Shown here: in pieces, positions 18,627-29,141 of the stretch | Position numbering within the stretch: the stretch's first letter is position 1 | Layout: every line of letters starts with the position of its first letter | Sequence record: ON287370.1 | Direction: 5' to 3' (one strand) | DNA: 64,000 nt | Translations under genes and position numbers: made by a program | The notes under the pieces: generated by a model | The model's database searches: none | Told to the model about the DNA's origin: nothing | What the model saw: only the letters and a program-made list of their open reading frames with translations

Positions 18627-20165
18627 ATGAACAACCTGATTCGTCTAGTCAAACTGGCACAAGCAATGTTCCAAGCTTGGCGTTTAGATGACAAAGATTT
18701 AATGGATGAAATCCTTTTGTTATCTGAGGACGTTCCTAAAAGCAAAGAAAGCTTAGTTCAACAAGATAAGAAAACAGAAGCCCTGCTCCGTAAATTACTA
18801 GGGTGGTTTAGAGAGCAACCGAATGACTCTAACATCATAACATCACTGTTAACCCCTAAGGTAACTGAGATTATTCTTCTTTCTCCTGAACTTGAGAAGC
18901 TGCTCAACGAAGCATTCAAATCAGATTTGGGTAATGAAGATGCTAGACAGCTAATCTTCCAAATTATTAAAGAGTTACGTGATATTGCTTCAAGTAACAA
19001 GTTCGCTATTCAATTTAAGAATATGGTTCGTCCTTTCTTATTTGAAGGTGAGAGTGATTTGAGTAAAGAAGACTGGATGAAGCTCAATGAACTCATTGAT
19101 GAAAAGATAGCTGATTTAAACGATAACACTTTTGATAAAGCAGTTGTTGAATCAACAGGTTCTGATGACCCTACCTCTATCATGAATGTTATCGATCAAC
19201 TTAAAGTTGAAACCTCACCAGAAGGTATTATCAAAACTGGTTTAGCTGGTTTGAATGAAGCTCTGTATCCAGATTGTGGATTACGTCGCGGCCTGATGTA
19301 CATGATCGAAGCACTGACTAACCGTGGTAAGTCATTTGGTCTTGCTCACTTGATCGCTTCTGTTCCACTCTATAACAAACCGGTACTTCGTAATAAGTCC
19401 AAGATTCCAACAGTTGTATTAATGTCAGCTGAGGATAGCTTGGGTCTGATCTTTAAACGTATGTATGAATTGTTCGTTACAGCTAAGACCGGTGTTAAAC
19501 CAGACTTCTTCTCAGCAACTACTGAGGATGTTGTAAACACTATTCTTAATACCTTTAAAGAGAATGGTTGGTCCTTCAAGTTCTACCGTGTTAACCCGTC
19601 CCATGATAGCATTCATGAAATCATGCAACGTATCCGTACACTGGAACTGAAAGGTCACGAAATCATCGTAGGTGCGTATGACTATCTGGCAATGGCAGAT
19701 CTTACTGGCTGCCAAGGTGAATCACGTTCTGATAAACTACAGAACCTGTACAACCGTGCTCGTAACTTCTTTACTTCTCGTGGCGCTGCTTTCTTAACTC
19801 CTCACCAGCTTAACCCAGAAGCTAAGAAATTCATTCGTGAACAAGATGATGATTCTGAAATTTACTTTATCCGTGATGTTGGCGGCAAGTCAATGACAGA
19901 AGGTTCAACCAAACTGACTAACGAAGTTGACTGTGTAATCGGTCTGCATGTAGCTAAACTTCAAAACAATGAGTGCTGGTTCACTTACTACGTCGGTAAG
20001 ATGCGTGGTGAAGGTGCTCAAGAAAGTTCTCGCTTTGGTATCTATCCTCTCGACCCAACTAACGGTCTAGTTCATGATGTTAACTTTGAGAAGAAAACAT
20101 TCCGTAAATCTTTAGCACATAGAAGTGAAGCAATGGGCGGTGGCTCAGACTTTGATGATATCTAA
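18627..20165 (+). CDS. dnaB: DnaB-like replicative helicase (phiKZ gp118-like)
   Basis: GLRRG followed by Walker A variant ALTNRGKS, SAED, Walker B AYDYL, TPHQLN, GKMRG. Confidence 0.9.
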   Translation: MNNLIRLVKLAQAMFQAWRLDDKDLMDEILLLSEDVPKSKESLVQQDKKTEALLRKLLGWFREQPNDSNIITSLLTPKVTEIILLSPELEKLLNEAFKSDLGNEDARQLIFQIIKELRDIASSNKFAIQFKNMVRPFLFEGESDLSKEDWMKLNELIDEKIADLNDNTFDKAVVESTGSDDPTSIMNVIDQLKVETSPEGIIKTGLAGLNEALYPDCGLRRGLMYMIEALTNRGKSFGLAHLIASVPLYNKPVLRNKSKIPTVVLMSAEDSLGLIFKRMYELFVTAKTGVKPDFFSATTEDVVNTILNTFKENGWSFKFYRVNPSHDSIHEIMQRIRTLELKGHEIIVGAYDYLAMADLTGCQGESRSDKLQNLYNRARNFFTSRGAAFLTPHQLNPEAKKFIREQDDDSEIYFIRDVGGKSMTEGSTKLTNEVDCVIGLHVAKLQNNECWFTYYVGKMRGEGAQESSRFGIYPLDPTNGLVHDVNFEKKTFRKSLAHRSEAMGGGSDFDDI

Positions 20166-20174
20166 ATAAAGAAT

Positions 20175-20206
20175 CTAGAACTAGGGGCATCAGCCCCTAG
20201 TTCTAG
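20175..20206. terminator. Bidirectional terminator hairpin
   Basis: Perfect 14-bp stem CTAGAACTAGGGGC-ATCA-GCCCCTAGTTCTAG between convergent genes. Confidence 0.85.
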
Positions 20207-20212
20207 TAGTTG

Positions 20213-21556
20213 TTAATCAACTTTAAATTCTGCTCTACGTTTAACAAACAGTTTTAATATAGTTGTTCTTTTCAACATTGGCTTAGCATAGCTAGTGATC
20301 GGTATGTAGTCTGTACGGTATCCTAACAGAACACCACGTCTTACCATCATCTCACTATCGCTATACATATACTGATAGCGCACAGGGTGTCCTGGCTCCA
20401 AATAGCCTACATCACCATTACGCCATTCAACTTCTATGATCTCACCTTCGTTAATTGCGTTCTGAGAAAGTGGAACACATAAGTTACCAGTGGGTGCTTG
20501 GTTAAGTGGAATCCATTGTTCACCATCACGCCGGTTACTAAGTTTATACTCTTGTACTGTATCAGCACGTGTTGTAATAGCTCGACCATTGTTATAGTGA
20601 TAACCAGTGTCACCAGCAATAGCGTCACCCATTACTAACCTTTGACCAATACCTTCGTTCTGTTTGTGAATGTCAGCATTGTCAGTATGTGAAGCTTTAC
20701 CGCAAGCTATGATTGTCATTGCAACATTGGAACGATAGAAAGTAGAATCCAAATCAGGAATCTTGTTTTCTGGCACACGGATAATATCCAAAGGTCTTGG
20801 ATGAGTATCAACTAGCTCTGTGTTATAAAGTGGAACAACCCACCAATAGTTCTGTTTGTAGTAACAGCAGAGTCCTTTCGTATAAACACCATAGTCATTA
20901 TCATTCTGGAGGATAACCGGAACATTAATAAGTTTAGTACCATTAGGAATCTCTATAGAGTCGTAACGGTTGGTGTTATCGATAGGCTGATGGAATTGCA
21001 TTCCCTTATAAGAATCCCAACCTGTGAGTCCTGCCTGTCTGGAATATGTTTCCATGACGGTGGCAATAACATCAGCAGTGGTGGTCATCTGATAGATGTT
21101 GGACACTGGGACGTTCTTTAACTTAGCAAATCCACGAGACATCAACTGGAACTCATAAGGAACTAAGTTAGTCTCGTCTAGAGCGTCTATGTTAACGGCA
21201 CCAGTGTTATTCCCCTCAGCTCTCACGTCAGTGGATACAAGTGGCACCGCAACGAACTCTCTTAGTACCCGATCAGATTCTGAATCAACAAAGAGTTGAA
21301 CAGTCAAGTCATCACGGAAAGGAACAAGCTTGTTAAAGTAGATACCAGGCTGCAGCCTTACACGGATCTGAATAAGATCAGAGCGGTTATTTAGAAAATC
21401 CCCATACTCCATAAACCTTTCAACACCTAGGGCCGTATATTGACCCTCAGGAGTTATAAACACTGCAGTCATGGTAACTGTACTTGCAGCATTGTTGGCG
21501 TAATCAGCAGTAGACTTAGCTTGTTTAAGGAATGCTTGAATTTGGGTGGCTAACAT
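20213..21556 (-). CDS. Virion structural protein (phiKZ gp101-like, baseplate hub candidate)
   Basis: D.LN.RSD, FVAVPL..D, GVYTKGLCCYY...WWVVPLY and W.NGD...L.PG.PV motifs; synteny. Confidence 0.65.
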   Translation of the reverse strand: MLATQIQAFLKQAKSTADYANNAASTVTMTAVFITPEGQYTALGVERFMEYGDFLNNRSDLIQIRVRLQPGIYFNKLVPFRDDLTVQLFVDSESDRVLREFVAVPLVSTDVRAEGNNTGAVNIDALDETNLVPYEFQLMSRGFAKLKNVPVSNIYQMTTTADVIATVMETYSRQAGLTGWDSYKGMQFHQPIDNTNRYDSIEIPNGTKLINVPVILQNDNDYGVYTKGLCCYYKQNYWWVVPLYNTELVDTHPRPLDIIRVPENKIPDLDSTFYRSNVAMTIIACGKASHTDNADIHKQNEGIGQRLVMGDAIAGDTGYHYNNGRAITTRADTVQEYKLSNRRDGEQWIPLNQAPTGNLCVPLSQNAINEGEIIEVEWRNGDVGYLEPGHPVRYQYMYSDSEMMVRRGVLLGYRTDYIPITSYAKPMLKRTTILKLFVKRRAEFKVD

Positions 21557-22194
21557 TACAGACCCCCGATTCCATTCAGTAATCCACTTGCACTACCGAA
21601 GGACATTCCCGACCCACCGGTTTGACCTGTGGCAGATCTGTATTCATCCACATGGGAAATGAATGAAAGTTGTTCATCCATATCAGACCCAAACATCATT
21701 CTACCACGTAAAGCATCCAATAGTGTCATTTGGCCGCTGTGACCAACGCCAAGCGCTTTATTGATCTTCTCATAGTGGTAGTGGGCATATGCACTAAATA
21801 AGTGCTTAGCGAGCCGCTCAATGAGTTCTAGCTCACTTAGATCAGGAGTTCGTAAATAACCGATATCTCTTTTGATTTCAATCCAGTACTGTATCCAGGT
21901 TTGGATTGAGTTGTAGAGGAAGGGAATATCCTGACGGGCATTGCGGAAACCAATTTGAAGGTCATCCCCCATTATCTCTACTGCTTGTAAAATACGCTGG
22001 ACTGTGAAAGGACGTTCCACTGGAATTTCCAACGTTTCAAATCCCGTCAACGGAGGATTATTCTTCGCTCTGTCTAATTGCTTAAGTGTCATGAAAGAAC
22101 TTAAGGGAATCGACACAATGAATGTTTGTTCGGTAAGAATCACATAGAGTTTACGCAATTCATTACGAAGATAAGTGTAACGTTCTAATTCCAT
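21556..22194 (-). CDS. Conserved hypothetical protein (phiKZ gp100 position)
   Basis: 212 aa; P..EL...E.LAK.LF motif; translationally coupled to its neighbour. Confidence 0.6.
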   Translation of the reverse strand: MELERYTYLRNELRKLYVILTEQTFIVSIPLSSFMTLKQLDRAKNNPPLTGFETLEIPVERPFTVQRILQAVEIMGDDLQIGFRNARQDIPFLYNSIQTWIQYWIEIKRDIGYLRTPDLSELELIERLAKHLFSAYAHYHYEKINKALGVGHSGQMTLLDALRGRMMFGSDMDEQLSFISHVDEYRSATGQTGGSGMSFGSASGLLNGIGGL

Positions 22195-22204
22195 AATTTT
22201 ACCT

Positions 22205-23506
22205 TTATGTGTAGCTGCTATTAGTGATCAAGGCTTGCTTGATTGCACCAACATAAATGCCCGACATATAAAGTTTGGTCTTATCGTCCAGAGTCCAATA
22301 TTTCTCAAGCACTTGTACCAGACCATATTTATCGATAGTTTTATCTCTAAACATTTTCCAGACAAATTGCTCAGTCTCATTACCCGCACCATCATAGAAA
22401 CCATCAGAGAAGAAATAGCTGTAAGCTTCGCCAGGTGTACGTGGGCCATTATAACCAGGTGGGACTAAGTTAGGAAGTAATGCACCAGTAAATGAGTAAG
22501 GGCCTTGTTTAGCCGAGTCCTCAAATACGTTGATCATTCTATCCATCTTGGAGAAATACACGTTACCGTACATACGGGTGTTTAACATGTCCCGACGATC
22601 GTGAGTCCAATACTTTTGTTCGTAGCGTTTAGGCATGCTGAAGTCATTACGATAGAACATATCCCAAACTGTTAAAGGTTGGTTAGCTCTGCGACTATCA
22701 ACATAGTAGTTAGGATCCAGCAGTCTGATCTTTCTACGTGCACCGACAACTTTCTGTGGGAATACGTAACTTAAGAATTTTGCCAGGTATGGATCGTACA
22801 GACGATCGTCCTTTTCATTAGGGATAATGATTGTATCTTCATCCATAAAGTAATGGTTGGCAAGAATATCATCCACAATAGCAAACTCAAAATCATAGAG
22901 CTTCTTATTGAGATTATAATCATTCTTAGTCAGTACTGCGTTACCGCCGTCTACAGCTGTGTCTTTGGAGTAGTAAAGTTCTTCAATAACTTTCTGGTCC
23001 AAGTTCAGCTGTATTTCATTGGTCATTATCGCTGTCAGTTCAGCTTCAAGATAATAACATTTATCAGCGTGGATAGTTCTCAGTTCAGGCTGTTGAGTTA
23101 CGACATATAACCCAGCTTTACCATCACCAATATCTTTAACAAACAAGTCACCTTTGTTTGGTGTCAAGTCAAACAGAACATACCCAGTAAGTTGGTTACT
23201 ACCTTGACCGTTAACAGGATCAAAGTTGTAGTTACCATTACCATTATCGATCTTGATGATCAGGTTATGGATGCGTTTATAAGAAGAATAGGTTTGGATT
23301 GATTCAGGTTCGAATCCTTGTTGTTCTTCATCACGACCTAATGACTGACGGTAGTAGATCGTTCTGGTTGGCATGCCAGGAACAAACGAGAGTAAACTGG
23401 TATGAGGAATATAGCGAGACTCAATGATCGTATTCTCATACGACTTAGGTAAAGTTACTTCCTCTTTAGGTTTCTCAGGTTGTCGGCCAATAATAGTCTG
23501 CGCCAT
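22205..23506 (-). CDS. Virion structural protein (phiKZ gp99-like)
   Basis: TIYYRQ.LG.D, PNKGDLFVKDIGDGKAGLY.VT and YDPYLAKFL motifs; start reassigned to ATG 23506 (AGAGG RBS). Confidence 0.7.
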   Translation of the reverse strand: MAQTIIGRQPEKPKEEVTLPKSYENTIIESRYIPHTSLLSFVPGMPTRTIYYRQSLGRDEEQQGFEPESIQTYSSYKRIHNLIIKIDNGNGNYNFDPVNGQGSNQLTGYVLFDLTPNKGDLFVKDIGDGKAGLYVVTQQPELRTIHADKCYYLEAELTAIMTNEIQLNLDQKVIEELYYSKDTAVDGGNAVLTKNDYNLNKKLYDFEFAIVDDILANHYFMDEDTIIIPNEKDDRLYDPYLAKFLSYVFPQKVVGARRKIRLLDPNYYVDSRRANQPLTVWDMFYRNDFSMPKRYEQKYWTHDRRDMLNTRMYGNVYFSKMDRMINVFEDSAKQGPYSFTGALLPNLVPPGYNGPRTPGEAYSYFFSDGFYDGAGNETEQFVWKMFRDKTIDKYGLVQVLEKYWTLDDKTKLYMSGIYVGAIKQALITNSSYT

Positions 23507-25061
23507 TAATAATGCCTCTTTCTTTAAGTGATATGTATTTCTGGTAGGTTTCTGAATTATGAGCAATGATAGTAAGGCCCATCATACCGTAAGGCAGATA
23601 GAAGTCTATTTCATCACCATCACCTACATCAATACCATTATGGATTTCCCACCAATCATCAATCCCACCATTACCCCAATCATCACGGATATGCCAGTGA
23701 GGATACAGGATACCAATAATCCATCTCATATAGTCAGGATCATCCAGGAAGTCTTTGATACAGATTTCACTGTATAAACGTAAAGCATAATCTAAGTTAA
23801 AGGTAACTCGATAGATGCTAGACATTCTTGGTGGTCGAGTAATAACTAAGTCGCCATTCTCTCTCAACTTAATCTGACTATTCAGAACTTCTGTTTCATC
23901 AGAATAAACTTTGAATTGAAGTGGACTGTTATGCCGGTTAGTTACTCGGTCATGGTACTTCATGATATAATGGATAAAGGTTGGATCCCAATCAAATCCA
24001 TAAATATCTTTGATGTTGATAAGAACTTGCTCTTGCACATCTTCAACATTAGTAACTATCTGTAACTGAGGAGAGATCCATTTGGTTGGTTCTGGTCTCC
24101 AGTTATCAAAATCAGGTAGTACATGATAAAGAGGCATGATTTCCGATCTACCCCAAATAGCCTTAGCCGCTGAAGATTCAAAGAACCCTCTATTGGTGTT
24201 AGATTGGATGTTCTGTTCGAATACTTCTGGCATATATTCAACAGGCATTGGTTGCTGATAAACTTGAAGCGGATACTCAAAGATCCAGTTCTTGTGTTCA
24301 GACCAATAGAACCAATATTGGAAACTTACTTCGAACTTACCAATATAAGCGCCACTTGTTACAGTAGCCATATTGGGGTTTTCCATATTGATTCCAATCT
24401 GTTCGATGCACTGTTTGAAAGCAAACACCGGGTTGTTACCGATAATGTTTCTCAGGATACCTGATGGAATAACTGAGTTCTTTAACATCCAGTCAATGAA
24501 GTTAGTATCTTCAGGAACTTGCTTAGCTACAATGAGTCTGTCGAAGATCTCTTTGAAACACTGAAGAACAGGATAGGTAACCGGGTAATGGGTTTCCATA
24601 TCAAACAGGCTATTGAAGTTGACACCAAAGGTCTTAGCTCTAATGTTCTCCAAGTACCGTTCTGCCGTAACACGGTCTTTCATGTACTTGTTAACAGTGA
24701 TGCGATAAATGCGTGTGCTAAACTTAGGTGTGATTCTAGACTTAGTGATTGGTTCAAACCAGACAGGTGGAATCGTGTCATCCGTTGTATTCCCGTCGAG
24801 TTCATTGTTATAATCACCAATATCTCTTTCTAGTTCAACAAAGATTTTGTTATCATAACCCACATCGGTCTTTAAGTCACCACCACGTTTATCGTTGTAC
24901 TCCCCGCCTAAGAGTTTAGATACTTCTGCTTCGCCATTGAAATAGATCTTCTGATTCAAATCAATATCGAAATACTCAAGCATTTGTTTGAGCGAAGTCA
25001 AGACAACAGGTCTTGTTGCTATCTTGTAAGTCTCAAAGGAAGGAATCTTTACTTTAAACAT
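23475..25061 (-). CDS. Virion structural protein (phiKZ gp98-like)
   Basis: P.FETY...RPVV start, YPLQVYQQP and LP.FD.W motifs; ATG 25061 with AGAGG RBS. Confidence 0.65.
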   Translation of the reverse strand: MFKVKIPSFETYKIATRPVVLTSLKQMLEYFDIDLNQKIYFNGEAEVSKLLGGEYNDKRGGDLKTDVGYDNKIFVELERDIGDYNNELDGNTTDDTIPPVWFEPITKSRITPKFSTRIYRITVNKYMKDRVTAERYLENIRAKTFGVNFNSLFDMETHYPVTYPVLQCFKEIFDRLIVAKQVPEDTNFIDWMLKNSVIPSGILRNIIGNNPVFAFKQCIEQIGINMENPNMATVTSGAYIGKFEVSFQYWFYWSEHKNWIFEYPLQVYQQPMPVEYMPEVFEQNIQSNTNRGFFESSAAKAIWGRSEIMPLYHVLPDFDNWRPEPTKWISPQLQIVTNVEDVQEQVLINIKDIYGFDWDPTFIHYIMKYHDRVTNRHNSPLQFKVYSDETEVLNSQIKLRENGDLVITRPPRMSSIYRVTFNLDYALRLYSEICIKDFLDDPDYMRWIIGILYPHWHIRDDWGNGGIDDWWEIHNGIDVGDGDEIDFYLPYGMMGLTIIAHNSETYQKYISLKERGIINGADYYWPTT

Positions 25062-25097
25062 AATCAATTCCTCTCTAGAACAATCATAACATTTAAC

Positions 25098-25127
25098 CCT
25101 CTTACTCCCTTTTTGAGGAGTAAGAGG
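25098..25127. terminator. Terminator hairpin (CCTAC-type family)
   Basis: CCTCTTACTCC...GGAGTAAGAGG, 11-bp stem. Confidence 0.75.
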
Positions 25128-25334
25128 AGTTTGTTAAACTTTAAGTATTAATCGTTTTCTTTTCTCTTAGTAATTAATCTAACTAAAAGAGAAAGGATAG
25201 GAAAGAGATATCGCTACGCTCTGCTGTATATAATAAATCCCCTTTCCCCTCACTCGGTTTCTCCGCAACACATCTAACTCAACCTAACTAACACCACTCT
25301 CGCAGTATCAGTCTCAAGATCAATACCATCGTTT

Positions 25335-26042
25335 TTATTTAAGAGCATAACGAACAGTGATTAAACCTTGGTAAGTTTCAATAAGAATAATGTCAGAGAT
25401 TCCGTCATTAAAAAGATCAATTACTTTAGCATCTGAAAGAATATAACGATATCCATCAGAAGCTCCTGGGTAAGTTTCTTTGTCCATATCGGAAACTAAT
25501 GGCTCAATAACATCTGAAGGCATTACGTCGCCAACAGAAAGAGTATTAGCAAGACAAATCAATTTACCCATGAAATAAGATTTAGCTTTTAACTTGTTGA
25601 GATAAGAACTACCATCAATATCAGTTAAATCTCTTATTGGGGATTGGGTCCCGTTAGATAGATTGTGTTTGACAATATAACAACGAAGATTACCATGGAA
25701 AGCACAACAAGAGTCACTAACAGGAAGTTCTACATAAGTAGTGTCTCCTGTAAAGCTCAAGATTGCGCTGTTATAATAATCCACGTTCTTCTGAAGACCC
25801 AGGCCATAACGCTTGCTAAGGACGTCATAGAGATCATTATAGGTACTGTTCTCTGGCAGTGGAATAGTCGGTATCTTGTTAAAGTAACTTCCTATATCCA
25901 CTTTAGCCATTTCCAGTTGGTACTTCACCGCTTCTTTAACGGTGTGCACGATTGTGGTAGTTGGCGAGCCAGAGACCATCCTAATAAACTGATGCCCTAT
26001 AGGTAGACTCTTAATAACCTCATCTTGAAATGAGTAAGTCAT
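25335..26042 (-). CDS. Hypothetical virion-associated protein
   Basis: 235-aa ORF coupled to the upstream gene. Confidence 0.6.
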   Translation of the reverse strand: MTYSFQDEVIKSLPIGHQFIRMVSGSPTTTIVHTVKEAVKYQLEMAKVDIGSYFNKIPTIPLPENSTYNDLYDVLSKRYGLGLQKNVDYYNSAILSFTGDTTYVELPVSDSCCAFHGNLRCYIVKHNLSNGTQSPIRDLTDIDGSSYLNKLKAKSYFMGKLICLANTLSVGDVMPSDVIEPLVSDMDKETYPGASDGYRYILSDAKVIDLFNDGISDIILIETYQGLITVRYALK

Positions 26043-26043
26043 A

Positions 26044-26883
26044 TTAACCCTTGAACTTTGGCTCTACTGGTTTTTCTTTAACGCCTTTAGCTGTGCGGCT
26101 AATTGCATTTAAAGCACCCACAAACTTATTGCGGACACCGCCAACCAGTCTAGCCTTTTTGGTTTCTTCTTTTGCCTCTGCAACTACTTCAGCATTCTCA
26201 GCTTTGATAGCTGACTTAACTTCCGCAGTATCCCCGTCTTTAGGGATTTTAGCATTCTGAAGTTTGCGAGAAGCTTGTTCAGCAGCACCTAAAGTTTTAC
26301 GTAAAGTATCGGTTACCACTTTATTACCTGCGGTGGCTGCTTTACCAATCTCAGTATAGACACTACATAATTGTGCAACAGTAGCTGCATCACGTACTTT
26401 CATAGCTGCTGATTTAACTTTATCGATGGCAGTACCTAAAGCAGTGTTCTCATCTTTAAGTTCATTAAACTCGACACCACCTTCTAAAGGTTTAATGTAG
26501 GTATCAGGATTACGAGCCGGAGAGTCTTCAGGAATAGGTGTATCACCACGCATTTCCATCAGAGCACCGATAGTGGCTTCAGCATTAGCCTGTGCTTGAT
26601 CAGCAGCCTTTTCGCCATCACCAAAGAAGTATTCACGAATACGCTTTAGCATGTTGGTGATATTGTCATACAGAGTTCTAGCTGCTTTCTTAATACCGTC
26701 AGCAAACTTATCTTCCATGCCGGCATAATTACTAGCATCAAGATGTAAGCAGTAATAGGACTCTCCACCCATCATTGCTTTAAAGTCAGCTTGAGTATGA
26801 TTATTGAGCAGAGACTCCATACCACCATAGCACCAGTCTAGGTAATCGAAATCAGCATCCAGGGATGTCTGAGTCTGGTCCAT
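26044..26883 (-). CDS. Internal head protein (processed paralog family)
   Basis: GMES, GGES and GMED protease-type sites before a helical A/K-rich body; AAAGGAG RBS before ATG 26883. Confidence 0.65.
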   Translation of the reverse strand: MDQTQTSLDADFDYLDWCYGGMESLLNNHTQADFKAMMGGESYYCLHLDASNYAGMEDKFADGIKKAARTLYDNITNMLKRIREYFFGDGEKAADQAQANAEATIGALMEMRGDTPIPEDSPARNPDTYIKPLEGGVEFNELKDENTALGTAIDKVKSAAMKVRDAATVAQLCSVYTEIGKAATAGNKVVTDTLRKTLGAAEQASRKLQNAKIPKDGDTAEVKSAIKAENAEVVAEAKEETKKARLVGGVRNKFVGALNAISRTAKGVKEKPVEPKFKG

Positions 26884-27460
26884 TCTCAACTCCTTTCACA
26901 TCGTTAGTAAAGTTAAAGATCCACTCCACCAACTCAACACCATTGCAAAGAACGATAGCTTGCTCTAAAGTCATACCTTCACGACCTTCAGCCCAACGAC
27001 GAATAGCAGTTAGTGCTTGTTCAGTTTTAGCTATCAGTTCACCAGCTCGTTCACGACCATCGATATAGAAGTTTCCATCTCTCAGGTTTTCTGCATGTTC
27101 TTGCACATACTCTTCAGTAAGAGGATAGTGAAGAATACAGTCAGCCAATGCATCACGGTCTTCGAGTTTAATGATGTAATCATTTTCCCAGCAGTCGGTA
27201 GGAAGCTTACCGGAAGATAACCCACTTAGATGATTACAGATTGGATCGAGGTACAGGTAGATCGACCCACCACGGAGTAAACCATATGGGATCGTAAAGT
27301 TATCTTGGATCTCAGTAATGAGTTGGATTACTTTACCTTGTTGTTCTTCCAGTGTAAGTGGAGAACCATTAACATTTAGATTAGCCTTTTTAGCGACTAA
27401 ACAAATCGTTACAAGCAACTGTTTAAGAAGCAAGTACCGATCTTGGTTATCATAGATCAT
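26852..27460 (-). CDS. Hypothetical protein
   Basis: ATG 27460 with AGAGG RBS; ATGA overlap with the upstream gene. Confidence 0.6.
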   Translation of the reverse strand: MIYDNQDRYLLLKQLLVTICLVAKKANLNVNGSPLTLEEQQGKVIQLITEIQDNFTIPYGLLRGGSIYLYLDPICNHLSGLSSGKLPTDCWENDYIIKLEDRDALADCILHYPLTEEYVQEHAENLRDGNFYIDGRERAGELIAKTEQALTAIRRWAEGREGMTLEQAIVLCNGVELVEWIFNFTNDVKGVENGPDSDIPGC

Positions 27461-27969
27461 GCGATGACCTCTATAGAACCGCAAAATAGTTTATTACCTT
27501 GGTTGACTTGAATTCTCAAGTTACCATTATGGCGGACTAATGTCACACTACCAATATCAAGTTCCCAGAAACCGTAAACACCACAGAACAAAAGAAAGTC
27601 TTTAACATCTCTAACAGCAAAAGGTGTTTGAGACTTAAGAACATCCATCTCTGGACTCACTAGACGTCTACCATGCTTCTCATTGAAAGAAGATGCATCA
27701 TCGCCTTCCATAATAGTTAAAACGCCCTGTGGAGCTTTGTAGGGCGTTATATCAATAGTATTAGGGAATAGGTCTGCAATGTTTATCTTCTTGATCAAAA
27801 CACCTGATTTAGTGGTAGGGTTTTGAAGCATAGTTGTGGTTTCACAGATTCTTTCTGGTTCTAAGGAACTGACATCAACAGTAGCACGACAACCATTAGC
27901 CGTTTCATATAAGTCAACCGCGTAGTTTCTTATATCTTCACGACTAATGGAAATTACGTCAACTGTCAT
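27457..27969 (-). CDS. Hypothetical virion-associated protein
   Basis: 170-aa ORF coupled on both sides. Confidence 0.6.
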   Translation of the reverse strand: MTVDVISISREDIRNYAVDLYETANGCRATVDVSSLEPERICETTTMLQNPTTKSGVLIKKINIADLFPNTIDITPYKAPQGVLTIMEGDDASSFNEKHGRRLVSPEMDVLKSQTPFAVRDVKDFLLFCGVYGFWELDIGSVTLVRHNGNLRIQVNQGNKLFCGSIEVIA

Positions 27970-29024
27970 TTATCGATTCCTGCATTAACGAAATCAATTG
28001 CCGCATCCAGTTCAGACATGGTGTACTGAATAACAGTATTCATCATTCGTTTGTTAAACCGGATAAGCCATTCGTAATACTTACGTTCTTCTGAATCAAT
28101 CTTTTCTGTTTTACTATTCTCGAACTTACGAACTGTCTTTTCAAAGTTACGAGAAAGCTGGGACATAGTAGATTGGTTAGAACGGATTTCTTTGATGACC
28201 GAATTAACTTTATCCAGAGTGCTATCCAACAGGTTACTTGTTGGGTGGAATGTAGTAGAAGGAAGTTTAACTGCAACGTTAACCGTGTTGAAGTAAACAT
28301 CTATCTTAGTTGGTTCTTCTTGAGCTGGTGCAGATACAAGCAGTTGTCTCACACCTGGTAATGTATCGGTCTGGTAGTTACCAGCGCTGTATGACATTCC
28401 CATAGCGTCAGAGAACCCTTTAACAGATTCCTTGATAGTTGAATGAAGATCACCTTCAAACTTATCAATACGACTACTCAGATATTTGTAACCTTTAACA
28501 GAATTCTTATAAAGATCAAGAACTTTGTCTAAAGACTGAGGAACCCAGTTAGGGTTAGTGCCGGTTACTTGTGGAAGTACCAAACGACGGATACTGGCTG
28601 GATACTTAGCCTCGCCATCTTTGATACCCGAACGTTTACGCTCTAGTCCGGTACGATGAGCACGAACATCCAAACGAGCAATACGGTTGTTAATAAAGTT
28701 AAGAATAAACTCTACCGCATCCTTAGCTGCTTGAATAATGATATCAATAAACTTCTTAGCTTTACCAGAAGCTTCTGTACCGGCTACCATGCCATCTTCA
28801 TCTACTTGGATGAATGTCGGTTTACCATAACTGGTAAAACGTTGTACAAGGTTTTCCAGGCCATCTACAGTACCAGCATCAATATCTTTGACGTTGGTCT
28901 TATCGATATCTACTTTCTCATTAAGAAAGAAGTTCATGCGATCTTCGTACTTGGCTAAGCGCTTACCATAAATATAATCCGTCGACTCTTTTGGAGCGTT
29001 CGGTTTAGGAAGAACTTGTGTCAT
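27966..29024 (-). CDS. Internal head protein (paralog family)
   Basis: GLEN and AGTEAS sites, then the KKFIDIIIQAAKDAVEFILNF amphipathic helix typical of phiKZ gp93-97-type proteins. Confidence 0.65.
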   Translation of the reverse strand: MTQVLPKPNAPKESTDYIYGKRLAKYEDRMNFFLNEKVDIDKTNVKDIDAGTVDGLENLVQRFTSYGKPTFIQVDEDGMVAGTEASGKAKKFIDIIIQAAKDAVEFILNFINNRIARLDVRAHRTGLERKRSGIKDGEAKYPASIRRLVLPQVTGTNPNWVPQSLDKVLDLYKNSVKGYKYLSSRIDKFEGDLHSTIKESVKGFSDAMGMSYSAGNYQTDTLPGVRQLLVSAPAQEEPTKIDVYFNTVNVAVKLPSTTFHPTSNLLDSTLDKVNSVIKEIRSNQSTMSQLSRNFEKTVRKFENSKTEKIDSEERKYYEWLIRFNKRMMNTVIQYTMSELDAAIDFVNAGIDK

Positions 29025-29083
29025 TTAGAATAACTCCTATGTGAGATCAAAGTATTCTTAAAAACAAAATAAACAAGCATATA

Positions 29084-29111
29084 AGAGTAGGAGCCCGAAG
29101 GCCCCTACTCT
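29084..29111 (-). terminator. Terminator hairpin
   Basis: AGAGTAGGAGCC-CGAA-GGCCCCTACTCT, with a T-rich tail on the minus strand. Confidence 0.75.
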
Positions 29112-29141
29112 CATTAAGCATTATGCTTTAAAGATCGAGAA

